Origin: Parasitella parasitica NRRL 2501
Lineage: Eukaryota > Fungi > Mucoromycota
Assembly (NCBI GenBank): GCA_025201805.1
Contig: MU619256.1
Location: 184,333-248,332 of the forward strand
Length of the DNA stretch: 64,000 nucleotides
Direction: 5' to 3'
The notes below the pieces were generated by a model, which did not search any database, was not told where the DNA came from, and was given only the letters and a program-made list of their open reading frames with translations. Of this stretch, positions 38,923 through 51,025 are shown piece after piece. Made by a program: the position numbers and the translations under genes. The first letter of the stretch is position 1; every line of letters starts with the position of its first letter.

Positions 38923-40092
38923 TTAAGGATAAGAGGGATATGTGTTGACGATATTACTGATCTTTTTCTTTCTGCTGCCAATTAACTCTGAAGTAGATGG
39001 AAGCATTAAATCGAGGTGAATTGGCTCAAATGAAAAGTCGAAATTCCAACTTTTTACTGTTTTCGCGGGTTTCATTTCCTGAGGTTGATTATGCTGCAGA
39101 TCATCAGCGGTTGCAATTTTCCTGGATTCTTTTTCTCCTTGCTTTTTCTGCTGCTGTTGTTGAATTCCTCTTGTTGCTCCCCCCTCCGGCGCTGCTGTTG
39201 TCACGACAATTGCTTCAATTTTCGTGAACTTATCATCAGTCACCGGATTTTGCTTATAGTCATCACTGTCGCTTTTGACTTTGACATCTTCATACGGATG
39301 AACAGGTGCTTGCAATGTGAATAAGCCGCCCGCTGAGAAATTATTCAACTGAGATAGTGAATAAATTGATACTATCAAAGTAGCAAGCCAAACCGCAATA
39401 GCTATGAATCCTGTAGAAAGAAAAAATAGAGTCAAAATGCTGTACATACAGTTTTAGGCAGCATATGCACAAATTTACAACTTTGATTGTGCTCAAACAC
39501 ATTTGTTTGCATGTACAATACGCAATTGTTTATGTCTTTACCTACTACAAACATTGCATCTGCCAAGCTACATGCTTTATAGCTTAATTCGCTACTGCTG
39601 TATTTCATCAAAATGTCTTTTAGTGATTGTCCAGATGTATTTGAGTTTTTACAAAACGAAGAAGCTACATTTTACAAGGATATCATGTCAAGTACACTAT
39701 TTGAAATACACAAGGTTTCGACATTACATACCATTGTACCGGGTCAAAATGATCCCTGAGGCTGTCGACCAAAGCGCAATGACAATCAATGTTAAACCAA
39801 TTTCAAATGCCAGAATTCTCTTTGATAGTTTCAGCGGACGATCTCCCAGAAGTCGTAAAAATATATGGACATAGGTGATTAATAATATCGAAGAGGCGAA
39901 CAATGAAATGGCGCCCATAATTAGGAGTGTGTATTCTTGGGGCCCATATTCTGACGCTACTATCAAACCTTGATCCAAGTGTCTAGCTGTACTCAAGGCT
40001 AAAGCATTCAAAACGATGCTGGAGATACTGAGCCATTGTATCACAAACAGAAGAGCCATTTGGATTATAGCTGCTCTCTTTTTTTGCATCAT
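38923..40092 (-). CDS. Membrane protein with about four TM helices (MARVEL-like topology), multi-exon
   Basis: Three hydrophobic helices in exon 1, a Cys-containing internal exon, a fourth helix (FIAIAVWLATLIVSIY), then a polar tail. Confidence 0.6.
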
Positions 40093-41884
40093 TTGATGGC
40101 TCTGTATTAATTTAATAAAAGTGAAAAAAAAGGGAAAGAAAGTGTTAAATCGAGAAAGAAGGGAAACACCCAAGCTAGACAACGTCGGATGCATAGATTT
40201 TATATGCACTACTACTTGCTCCTTAAACTTCCTTGCCATTTTGTGTTATCATGATAGTAAATATACATGTCATGTGTATGTGAGCCTATAGTAGCCTACG
40301 GTTTCTAAGGTGTCATATTTATGTATTTACAAGATAAAGCTCGATATTGCGTGTCTGTCTAGGATGTGTTCATATATACGCTTTGCGTATGCAATTTGGC
40401 AAGGAAGTGCAATCTTGTAAACGACATTTTTGCAATAGCAGGGATTAATCAAGTGTTAGCAGCAAAGAAGATTAGTGCTTTGAAGACATAAAGAATAAAA
40501 ACCAGCGCACGTTTGTTTGTGTTCATGCATTGTTATACACGCTGAATTATTCTTTATCACGGTAATTTAATCAAACTCGTTAACCTTTACTGCCTGAATA
40601 TTTATAAGCTGTTGTTTAGCTGAACGATAAATTTTGTATAGTTCAAGCTTTGAAAAAAAAAAAAAAAAAGGTCTACGAGCTTTACAACGTATTTTCGTGC
40701 AGTTTGCATAAAATACACATAACGTGAAAGATTCGACAGAAACTGATCATTTGTAGTTTGAAATCAATCAATCACAACGCAACCCTTAAAGAGATCAGCA
40801 TACTCACCATGTAGCACAGGGCTAAAGTGGGTCATACAAAATGTACACGCGCATAAGATCTTCATTTGATATTTGCACAAATAATTTCCAAAATTTCAAC
40901 ATTTTGTTGTATGTGTCCATGACAGTTTCAGTTTTATAGGCAGTATATAAAATGGTACAAGCTGATCACGGCTATCAAAGGACTCTCTATATGGCTGGAA
41001 CTGTATAATACGAGTATACACTTGCAATATATGGTATGCAGTGGCATATACCATACAATTACAAGTTTATCGTCTCAATACATATTTTTATCTCCCACTC
41101 ATCAACACGGCAACATGTAATCATATTTGTTTATGAAGCCAAAACCAACGTATTCGGATATAAGTATATGAAGCATGACAGCTATTCACTTGTTTTAGAA
41201 AAAAAATATTTGTTTCAGAAAGTAATACTGCAAGAAGCAAACATCTGAGATGTTGAATATCTACACAGGAATGCGTATATATCATGACATTTGTAAATAC
41301 ATAAGCACCAATTTGAGCTCAATAATATGTGTCTTTGTGCAAATGTTTCTTACATTCACAGATTCTAACGAATGAATATATATAAAACAGCTCGTATTAA
41401 CCCAAACACCTTCGATAATATACGTTACCTGCCAAAAATTACTTATTTTGGTCAACTCATGACCGACTATATCCTTTAAATTTTTAATTGCGATGTTGAT
41501 TAACATGCCTGGTCTATGAGCACAATCGTCCGGATGTTGCTAATGAATTCCTCTGTAACTTTTCACACTCTTTAAATGACAGGTGGGGTACTAGTGTGGG
41601 TACGGGCGAAAATAGCATTGGTTATTAAATAAAGTGAATACTATTAAGAATGAAGGCTAGCATAAACTATCGTTCAATAACATATACATCAAATAAACAA
41701 AAAGGACATAATTATTCTAACTGCAATAATATTTCTTAAATTTCGATAATTAGACCTACTAGGAAAGCTCTTAGAAATATTAACACCTTGATTCATTTTA
41801 TATCTGTCTTCACTTTGTCTTTTCATGTTGCTAAATCCCTTTTCGAGGCTTCATTCCGCCACCTAAAATCTAATGTCCATGCTA

Positions 41885-42005
41885 TACAAGATTGACAGGC
41901 TGAAGTATGATATTGACGCTATCAATAATCGTGTTGATCAGATTGGAAGCTTGCATAACAACGTGCTTGCAAGCTTTAACGAACAGCAATCAAAGCAAAC
42001 TGCCA
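41885..42005 (+). pseudogene. Isolated syntaxin (Sso1-like Habc helix) fragment
   Basis: IDRLKYDIDAINNRVDQIGSLHNNVLASFNEQQSKQTA resembles the Ha helix of fungal plasma-membrane syntaxins. No SNARE or TM exons follow. Confidence 0.5.
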
Positions 42006-42099
42006 TGCTGATGGGCCTATCAAGATATAAGATGTTCCTCATATTGTATTATTTTTCACTACATTTGTCAAGACGCTAGAAAGTAATAGTGAAGAACCA

Positions 42100-43540
42100 A
42101 GACAGGGCGATTAAGTCAGGAACATCGACTTCCTTCCTTTATACCCATCAAGTTACAGCAGAGCGATATTTGGATGTGATTTTGAAGCATATTCCAAACA
42201 TTGAAATTCTTGGATGTTTGAGCTCGGCACGATTTGAAACATACCACCTATAATATGGTATTTTGAAATCAAAAACTGAATTCCCATGTTTAAAGTTATC
42301 CAGCAAAAGCAAATGGTGCAGAAATTATAATGTCAAACCGTCTGTAATTGTTTTGAAATTTAAGCAATCTCTAGCCTGTCTCGCGTTGGTTCCTTTAGTT
42401 GGTGGTTCAGAAAAAGAAGAGACATTTTGTATTTTAGAGAAAGAGATCCATGAGTTCAAATCGTAGTAAGAATTGCACTTTTATGGTCCTCATTTGAATA
42501 CTTCGGTTATAACTGGATGAATTTGAGCGTTGGCCTTAATTCGTCAAAGTTGGAAGAATGCATTCTTTCCTGCGACATTTTACCAGCCGAGAAAATATCT
42601 TCAGACAACATTAAAGAACCTCCAGATTGTCAACTCTACGCTCTCTACTCCCATAGTGGAAGAGTTTTTAGCGAAGCTGCCCGCACTAGAAGCATTGGTG
42701 TATAGCACAGATTTGGAAAACCCTTGTGAGGCACAATCTTAAAAAGAGTATGATAAATGGTAGAATGCGTTGACACTTCTTCCTTGTCAAAGTCGTAATA
42801 TCAGCATCTCTAAATGGATCTCCTCAGGTTATCTGCATCTGATTAGAGGCGGCGCCAAATTGTTGAGGAAGGCAACTCCAATTGAACGTTATTCCGCAGC
42901 TTGAGGAAAAGCTAATTATTAAAAGAAGCAAGAAATGTGTGTTCTACTTTTCTACAAGGAATCATGCCCTGAAATCTTAGCAATTGTAGATTTAATCAAA
43001 TTTATAATAGCGTATAGTCGTGCTTGTTTAGTGTCATCTCGACAACTATTTTTGAATCAATAGAATATCGCTATGGGATTTTAAAGGTTGATATAATCAA
43101 CCTGATGCATATGAACGGGAACATCTTCGATTTTGTTTTAGCTTTGACGGGCAGCAATGATAGATCAGTAGTGCATTTGACGAGAAAGGTGTTTTCTAAT
43201 ATAAATGACCCTATACAAATGGAACAATGAGCGATTTCTGTAAAAACAGATATTTTCTGAACTATAGTTTTCAGATTGCATAATTTATTCTAGCGAGCTA
43301 CCTGAAATTTCGTTGAAGCTACTGAAAATCGATAAATCGATAATCCATGATTGCCAAATTATTTCAGGTACTACGACTCGACTTAATATTGTCTTTCCTA
43401 CAACAAAACTGGGGCGATTTGAACTAACAGCTCAAGCTTGCCAAAAAGCCGCAAATAAAAATGGGAAAGTCATTTTTATCAATTGCGAAGAGTTGCAAAG
43501 CTTGGTGATTCATGGCAAACAGTTGTTTGAAGCCAATTAA
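42100..43540 (+). pseudogene. Decayed protein-coding remnant of unknown family
   Basis: A series of short same-strand ORF fragments with protein-like composition, broken by stops and frameshifts. Confidence 0.3.
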
Positions 43541-44244
43541 GAAATTACTCACTTTTTACGCTCTGATTATACTATTTTATATGCTATATTTAAGCTTATA
43601 AATATATTAACAGCATTTTTTTTTTTGCGTATGTATTTATGCCATGAATAAAACTATGTAAATTTACTGTTGCCTTGCATATTATACAAACGTTCAAACC
43701 CACAATTTTTTTTAATCGACCTCAAATCTGCAATGATTTTCAATTAGCACTAATCGTATCAATCAAGTCGTGTAAAACCAGCAGATTGCTCTAAAAATTT
43801 AATAGTCTCTTATGCCTAGAACAAATCTCGGTTGCTATTGAAATCAATGTTCATTTACGATCATTTCAAAGAATACAGGTATAAATATTCACTTTTTACG
43901 TTGTTCCAATGAATTAATTTAAAACTAACAAACGCCACTTTATTTATCGCATAGACACGATGATTCTAGATCGTCATTGAATGATTTTTAGTCTTTATGA
44001 GCATATGTCTAGTAATAGCAACATATATATGATAGGGTATAATTAGCACCAAATCTTGAGTGCCCGTGCCTTGTCTCGAGTATGTGGATATACGCATTCG
44101 AATATGAATGTATGCTACTGTTGATGAACGGGAATAAAGCCGAGCTGCATTATTCTTACGTCATTTTGTTGGGAAGATTAAAGCTTTTAGGCATCTGATT
44201 TTGTTTTCCTACCTCTCTTTCACCTTGTTATTAATATTATCTAT

Positions 44245-44815
44245 ATGTCTGACCAAAGAATGGAAGATCTGGCTAATGAGTATCGTACCCTTCGTGATGA
44301 TAAAGACAGTGGTTCAGATAGATTATATGAAGTTATGAAGGTAAATAACAGTGTTTAGTTTCACATTTCCATCAGAACGACATGTTAAAAAAAATGGTTA
44401 TAAAGGCATTAGGCGAACAACTTGGCGTGCCTAATACTCTCGGTAAAAATATTCTATCAACACTTGGTAAACCTGATGAAGTAAAACAGTCAATTTCTCA
44501 TGATCAAGTCTCCGTACAAACCATGCCAGGTAAGTAGAGAACGATTTATGCAGCCATTTAAGAAAACGTCATGGCTCATTTCACGCTGTGTTTTGGTTTA
44601 AGGTCCGGCTATACCTTCTTCTGCAACTACAGAGAGCTCTGATAACCAGCAACCGTACTATCTTGTATATGATCTTTCCCCCAACAAGCATCTATACTTT
44701 AAGGTAGAGATTATCCAATCGATTTTGCTTTGGTCAATTCTGATATGTATTTTTTTATGGTAAATAGATTGATTCCGCTAAGGAGACGGTAATTACATCT
44801 GGTTGGTACGAATAA
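44245..44815 (+). CDS. 122-aa four-exon hypothetical protein missed by the ORF track
   Basis: Exons 44245-44340, 44406-44529, 44603-44703 and 44768-44815, all GT-AG and phase-consistent: MSDQRMEDLANEYRTLR..ILSTLGKPDE..MPGP..YYLVYDL..HLYFKIDSAKETVITSGWYE*. Confidence 0.85.
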
Positions 44816-45923
44816 GTGAAACTCTTATTGTTTTTTTTGCAAAAAAGCACATTTCGACGAAACAGTGAAATATCTTTGTATTATCAGTTGATGGCTAGAT
44901 TGCGAATAAATCCTACCACAATTTTATTATGTAAACCTTCTTCTTTGATGCAACCAACAGGAAAACAAATGTATCGCGGCTCTAGGCTTTTACATCTGCA
45001 GCACCGGAAGGCTTCACAGTGTCATACATGATATGCTAACATGTATGGCCTGTTGCACGACAGGAAAAAGATTTTTTTTATGTGAAACTCTCTTTTTCTC
45101 TGTCTTTCATACTTCGAAGTGTATAGTTTTGCCAGTGTTTTTGCGTAGGATTTCATCATAAGACTGAAGCTGTGCGTTATATGTTAACTTGTTAATGAGC
45201 ATTATACAATGCGATAGGTAAATTTTGTCTGTTTTGAAAAATAAATAAATGGCGGTTATTGCCTGTCGTACTCAAAACAATCTCAGTTACCTCTCTGTTC
45301 TCTGATACATGCTTCATTTGCATAACATTTTAACTCTTAATATAAAAAGCTAATATATTTTTCACATTCTTTTCAATACCCTTCTAACTGCAATGAAACC
45401 TATTTTGTTTTTTGGGAAGGGAAATGTCACCACGATGCCAGGGGCGGGTGGATTTATCATATTTTTGAACATATTGTCTTGATTTCCACGTAATAAATGT
45501 GACATTTTGAGAAAATAAAATGTCTTTTATTGAAAATTATTTTGGTATTTCTACTACGGTATTATTTAAATTCTAACCTTAGACCAGGCAAAACTTCTCA
45601 TCGCAAATTTACATGAAAACTAGCTTCATCAAAAAAGTCTTGTTGTGTTTGGAAGGGTAAGTTCGATGTGCTGAATTCTAATCAGAATATCTTCATGCAA
45701 TACTAATTTCTCAAAAAAAAAATCGTATTGTCCATTTTCAAAATAGCACAACTAGTAGTATTCCTGTGTTTTAAATACAAAGTTCGCGGAGTACTAAAAA
45801 GGGTTGAAGGAATGAAATGGGTTCCACACAGTCACATAATACTTTTTTGTTGACTCCGCTGGAGTGATTTCTGTTGTTAATTTTCCAGATTTCATAACAA
45901 ACATTGGCACAAATGTTTTTGCC

Positions 45924-46122
45924 AGATAGCGCCATATCAGCACTATGTTTTCCAAGCTAGAGCGCGGTTCTACGATCATTTTAGCAAAAGTTATAAGCAA
46001 ATATATGATATTTATGGTAAATGATGAAAAATAAAACTGTTTTTGCAGGTAACTTTTGATAGAGACTTCGCCCAGTAGAAACCAAACTATGCTCAGATAG
46101 CGATGATCATGCTTGATTTGAT
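45924..46122 (+). repeat. Dispersed ~200-bp repeat, copy 2
   Basis: Colinear with 13780-13978. Confidence 0.85.
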
Positions 46123-46262
46123 GGCGCAAAAGATAGGCTCTGATTTGCTCTTTATTGTAGCCTATAAGCAATTATATGCAATTTGAATATATAAATTGGT
46201 GATATCATCTGGTACCCTTATAGGTATCATTAAGAACATGAGGATACCATTGTTGGCGCAAA

Positions 46263-46456
46263 GTAGAGCCAAGTCAGCACTAAGTTTTTCAAGTTAGATC
46301 TCGGTTCTACGGCCATTTTATCAGAAGTTATGAGTAAATATCTGATATTTAAGATAAATTATGAAAAAAAAAAAGAAACTGTTTTGCAGATAACTTTTGA
46401 TAGAAACATCGCCCAGCGGTGAACAAGTTATGCTTAGATAGCGATGATGATGCTTG
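46263..46456 (+). repeat. Dispersed ~200-bp repeat, copy 3
   Basis: Colinear with copies 1 and 2, but more diverged. Confidence 0.8.
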
Positions 46457-46561
46457 TTTTTAGAAAGCATTAAATAGGTGTTATTGGCTCTTCATCGAAG
46501 CCTACCATCAGCGCTTATACATGAAAATTTGTTAAAAATAAGATAGAAATAACTACTAAAT

Positions 46562-46645
46562 TGAGCTGAAGGAGCTCTCGGGGAGAATCCTCCCAGCACT
46601 GTAAAGTGCTTTGGGGAGGGATACCCTCCCGCAAGAAAGAGCAGC
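46562..46645. mobile_element. 84-bp GC-rich nested-hairpin insertion with 9-bp target-site-like direct repeats
   Basis: CTACTAAAT at 46553-46561 and 46646-46654. Inner stem ATCCTCCCAGCACT-GTAA-AGTGCTTTGGGGAGGGAT; outer stems CGGGGAG/CTCCCG, GCTCT/AGAGC and GCTG/CAGC. Confidence 0.6.
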
Positions 46646-48091
46646 CTACTAAATGCAATGACAAAGTATTTACATATAGGCATCAGCTACACACTAAAGA
46701 CTGGAAGTGTTCATGTCAACGAAGTGCAATTAATTAAACACTATCCCTGAAATCTGAATCACACCATGCCTCACTCACTTAAACCTTACCCCCCATCAGT
46801 CCACCACTTAGATTCATCAACATCTTAACCATTCGCAGCATCATATTTCCCATGAGCAATTCAGCGATTTGTTATATGAAAAGTTTACTTGAAAATACTG
46901 AAACGGTATCGGCGGCGTAAAGTGAGGTGGATTATTATCTGTTTTAATAGGGATCATAGGTATTCTAGAATAGCTTGATGTAATAGCGGATAAAATTGCA
47001 AAACCATTGAGTTGTTTTTGGTATTTTCTGGATGGTTTGAATCTCTAGTAATAAGGACTATGTCTTTATTTAATTTAGTACCATAATCATGAATAACAAA
47101 CTCACCGGCTGACGCTGATACCGCAGATCATCGTATTTAATAACCTCTGATTTAAAAGCGCCATAATTTCTTCCAAAATGTCCTTCGATAGAATTTAAAA
47201 TCAATTTATACAAAAACCTTTAATCTCTTGTGAACGTAATTTTTTATCGTAAAAATGTTCAATTCTTGACGCTTAAACGTTAAAGCACTGCAAGCTTTTT
47301 TGTAATTTGTGCTGAAGTAAGTAAATTTAAATGTAAATAATGTAATTACTCTTTTTGCTAAATACCTTTTTTGCTTAATATTTACTGGCATGGGACTTGA
47401 CTTATTATTTTGCAAATATAGCAATTATCGGCATAAATTTGCTGAAAAATTGTACACTTTCAACACAGAGATAATAAGCTTATTTTGTAACTTCTGCCAA
47501 GTCAGTTCGTTAGCATCTTTCCATCAAACAATAGGGTCTAGTTGATGTTGTCGCAAGCGTAAGTTACAATCCAAAGTGGGGATGCAGAGAGACCTCTATA
47601 CTTTTTCTTCTTTCGCTGTGATTTATATTAACAAGTATTAGACATTTGTCAAATAGGTAACAATTAAACTAATATTCTGTATGTTAGGTTAAACATATCA
47701 CCAATCCTACCTGACCTGCTTTTTTCCTTGCTTGCTTGCTGACATTTTGAAGCCTTTTATAGCATAATAAAATCTTACTTCAGTTGATAGTGTACTTTGT
47801 GTCGATTGTCAACTCGTATATTCAGACTTTAGAAGTTTAATATACACATATTAGCAGCGAAAATCCACTTTATCCATCCTTTTTACTTTATCGCACGTCG
47901 TTACTTTTGCGAATCCGGTTGAACCTCCAATTTAGCAAGAGTGGTGCACAACGCTGTGTGATGTAATACAACACGCACACGGCTTGTGCGCCCTAAAACA
48001 AAAATTCACGCCAAGTTTCATAAATAAATAGCCAAGAGTTTATCGTTTTTTTTCTCTTTTTCTTTCCGATTTATATAACTATTGATTTAAA

Positions 48092-48665
48092 ATGTCTACT
48101 AACCAGCAATACGGTGCTACTAATGATGTTAACCAAGAGGAGTCTGCTCCGTTGATCTCAAGAGATATTGATCGCTCCAACGAATCTTGCAGACAAAAGT
48201 TTCAGCGCATTACCCATCAACATCGTTTCAAGATTATCGGATCGTGGCTCCTTGCCCTCGCTGTCACTGCCTTGCTGACCGTCTCTATTCATTATTATTT
48301 AAAGGGAGAGAAGCCTCATATCCCTGAAGAGCCTCCCAAGGGCGCAGAAGGCGAAATTGTCAATGAAATGTGCGTCTCTGATCGCAGTTGGTTTGTTGCC
48401 CTTATGCTTTCTATTTTCCTTGGTCCTTTGGGTAAGTTTATAAAGAAATATGAATAATTTTACTCTCTCTCTGTGTGTGTGTATGCGTGTGCATTAATGT
48501 CCATGTAAATTTATAGGTGTTGACCGTTTCTATCTCGGTTACATTTTCCTCGGTATTCTCAAGCTCATTACGGCTGGCCTTGGTGGTATTTGGTGGACTA
48601 TTGATGTTGTTTTGATTGCTTTAAATGTTCTCAACGATCATCCTCAAGGTTGTCACCTTAGATAA
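48092..48665 (+). CDS. TM2-domain membrane protein, two exons
   Basis: SDRSWFVALMLSIFLGPLG|VDRFYLGYIFLGILKLITAGLGGIWWTIDVVLI; intron 48432-48516. Confidence 0.9.
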
Positions 48666-48729
48666 TTAATACGCAAATGTTTCTTATACCACCTTTTTAT
48701 TCATTCTCTATGTAATAACAATAATAAAT

Positions 48730-49798
48730 TTATCTGTGTTTTGGGTATGGTCCTACACGATCTCTTTCCTTCTTTGCCCTGACGTCAATATTACGTTCTT
48801 TCCAACTACTTTTTCGAAGCTTGATAGGTCTGTTTCCAACATATTTGCCTATAGTAAACATTTTTTGTTTTTGTTTCAGTTGCATGCAAAAACCACCTTG
48901 AGGCGGGCTTACCATTCATTTCTCTCCATGCTTTGACAAAATCATCAGGATTCTTGAAACTAATAAACCCAAATCCTTTTGATTTCATAGTGCGGTTATC
49001 ACGGACTACACGGGTTCGTAACAGACTGGGATATTTTGAAAATGCCTTGTATAACAATTCTTCTGTCACTTCGTTGCCCAAATCACCAGCAAATAAACGG
49101 AAATCATTATTGTCCCAATCTTCCAATGATGGGTCTTCCCAAACTTCACCACCTGCTGCCCTCACAGTGCTCTTTTTCTTCTTCTTTTTGCTGTCTGTTT
49201 CATCATTTTTGGTATTATTATGAGTGCTGGTTGGTGCAGGCGACAGTGCTTGAGGTCCTGTGTATCCAGATTTAGTGATGATAATAGGCCCAATTGGATT
49301 GTTGGAGTTTGCAGTAGAGGGGTAGTACACTTTGGGTGCAGGCGCGCCACTGTTACTGCCGAAGGCAGATGCTGTTTCTGATTGCAATGCAGCTACTGAT
49401 TCTGGAACTATTCCATTTGGTTTGCCGTAAGAAGCTCCAGTGGCACTGTAGTCGTAGTAGTTTTGAGAGTAGTATTGATCGTGGTTGTAAGCGGCCGATG
49501 TGTCCGTTGCGGAAGCATTGGGATCAGTATAGGTTCCAGTAGTGTAATCGTAGCCATAGTAATATTGGCTATTATCAGCGTAGTATTGAGTATTAGGATC
49601 AGCATAGTCGTATCCCTGCTGTGCAGTAGATTCTGTTGTGTGATAGCTTGAGGAACCTTCAACATACTCGCCATTTTCATTGTAGTAGCCTTGAGGAACT
49701 GTGTATTCAGCGGGCGCTGTGTAATCGTTCACGGCATATTCTTCAGCAGCATAATGTACTTCTTCTTTTTCTGTATCTTTCTTCTTGTCACTTTGCAT
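48730..49798 (-). CDS. RBM42: RBM42-like RRM RNA-binding protein, two exons
   Basis: RAAGGEVWEDPSLEDW..DFRLFAGDLGNEV..KSKGFGFISF..AWREMNG|KYVGNRPIKLRKSSWKER. Confidence 0.9.
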
Positions 49799-49971
49799 TT
49801 GAAGTAAAAAAGATTAGCAGAAAAGAAAAAAGAGCAGCTGCCAACTGCCCTCAATAAGGGTGCGTTTTTATTGCGGTCACGATAAATGTACGGTGTATAA
49901 CTGACAAAACAATCCCCCTACTGCACAGTTCCATTATTTCTATTGCTACTGCTGCTGTTGCTACTCTTCAC

Positions 49972-51009
49972 ATGGCCAATCGATTTATCCCTAGAACAAC
50001 ATTTCCTTACGATAGAGTAATCAACTGGTTTCCTGGCCATATGGCACGAGGTCTTCGATTGATATCAGAGCGGCTAAATTCTGTGGATTTAATTGTGGAA
50101 GTAAGAGATGCTCGAATCCCGTTGTCTTCAGTCAATCCCAATTTCGAAAAAGTTGTAGGCAGAAGACCAAGACTGATTGTATACAACAAATTCGATTTGG
50201 CAGATCAAACCACAAAAGCACCTATTACTGCAGCGTTTGCCAAGCACGCACCTATGACTCCCGTCGTATTCACCAGCTGTCAAACTGACAACAATATCAA
50301 AGAAATTCTAAATCACGCAGCTAAACTCGCCGATCCTATACCTCAAGTTACATTAATGGTTGTTGGTATGCCCAATGTGGGCAAATCTTCATTGATCAAT
50401 TCACTTAGAAGAGTAGGCGTTGGAAAGGGGAAAGCAGCTGCAACTGGAGCACAGCCTGGCATTACCAGGACAGTCATTGGGACAGTCAAAGTGTTGGAGG
50501 ACCCCACAGTGTATCTGGTTGACACACCGGGCGTCATGGTGCCCCATATTGCAGATCCAGTCAGAAGTTTAAAGGTAGCATTGACAGGTGGTATTCGCGA
50601 CCACTTATCCGACGAGCAAACCATGGCAGATTATCTGCTCTTTCGGCTAAATGAATTTGGAGCGTATGATTATGCAAAATGGTTTAAATTGCCAGATGAC
50701 CAGCCTACAAACAATGTGGATGACCTATTAAGAGGTGTGGCAAAGCGAATAGGTGCTGTAGTGAAAGGCGGCGAGTACGACATGACAATGGCAGCCAAAT
50801 TTTTCATCAAGCATTATAGGACAGGGAGATTGGGTCAGTTTACACTAGACGATGTTAGCCCTGAAGCCTTGGAGGCCTTTTTTGAGAACCAGGAGATGTA
50901 TGCGACAACGAATGCGAACCCAAGCACACTTAGTAGACGCCAAGAAAAGAAAGCATCTAAACTGGAACAGAGAAAAAACTCTAGAAAGGCAGCCAAAGAT
51001 GAGGCGTAA
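49972..51009 (+). CDS. MTG1: Mitochondrial ribosome-assembly GTPase (RbgA/YlqF family)
   Basis: NWFPGHM, EVRDARIPLSS, YNKFDL, VGMPNVGKSSLIN, PGITR and LVDTPG (circularly permuted G motifs). Confidence 0.95.
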   Translation: MANRFIPRTTFPYDRVINWFPGHMARGLRLISERLNSVDLIVEVRDARIPLSSVNPNFEKVVGRRPRLIVYNKFDLADQTTKAPITAAFAKHAPMTPVVFTSCQTDNNIKEILNHAAKLADPIPQVTLMVVGMPNVGKSSLINSLRRVGVGKGKAAATGAQPGITRTVIGTVKVLEDPTVYLVDTPGVMVPHIADPVRSLKVALTGGIRDHLSDEQTMADYLLFRLNEFGAYDYAKWFKLPDDQPTNNVDDLLRGVAKRIGAVVKGGEYDMTMAAKFFIKHYRTGRLGQFTLDDVSPEALEAFFENQEMYATTNANPSTLSRRQEKKASKLEQRKNSRKAAKDEA

Positions 51010-51025
51010 GAAATAAAATCAGTTT

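Noticed and set aside
46564-46642. Hammerhead-like CTGAAGGA...GAAA in the GC hairpin
   Set aside because: The core is not CUGANGA, and GAAA lies inside the GCTCT/AGAGC helix rather than after a clean stem II.
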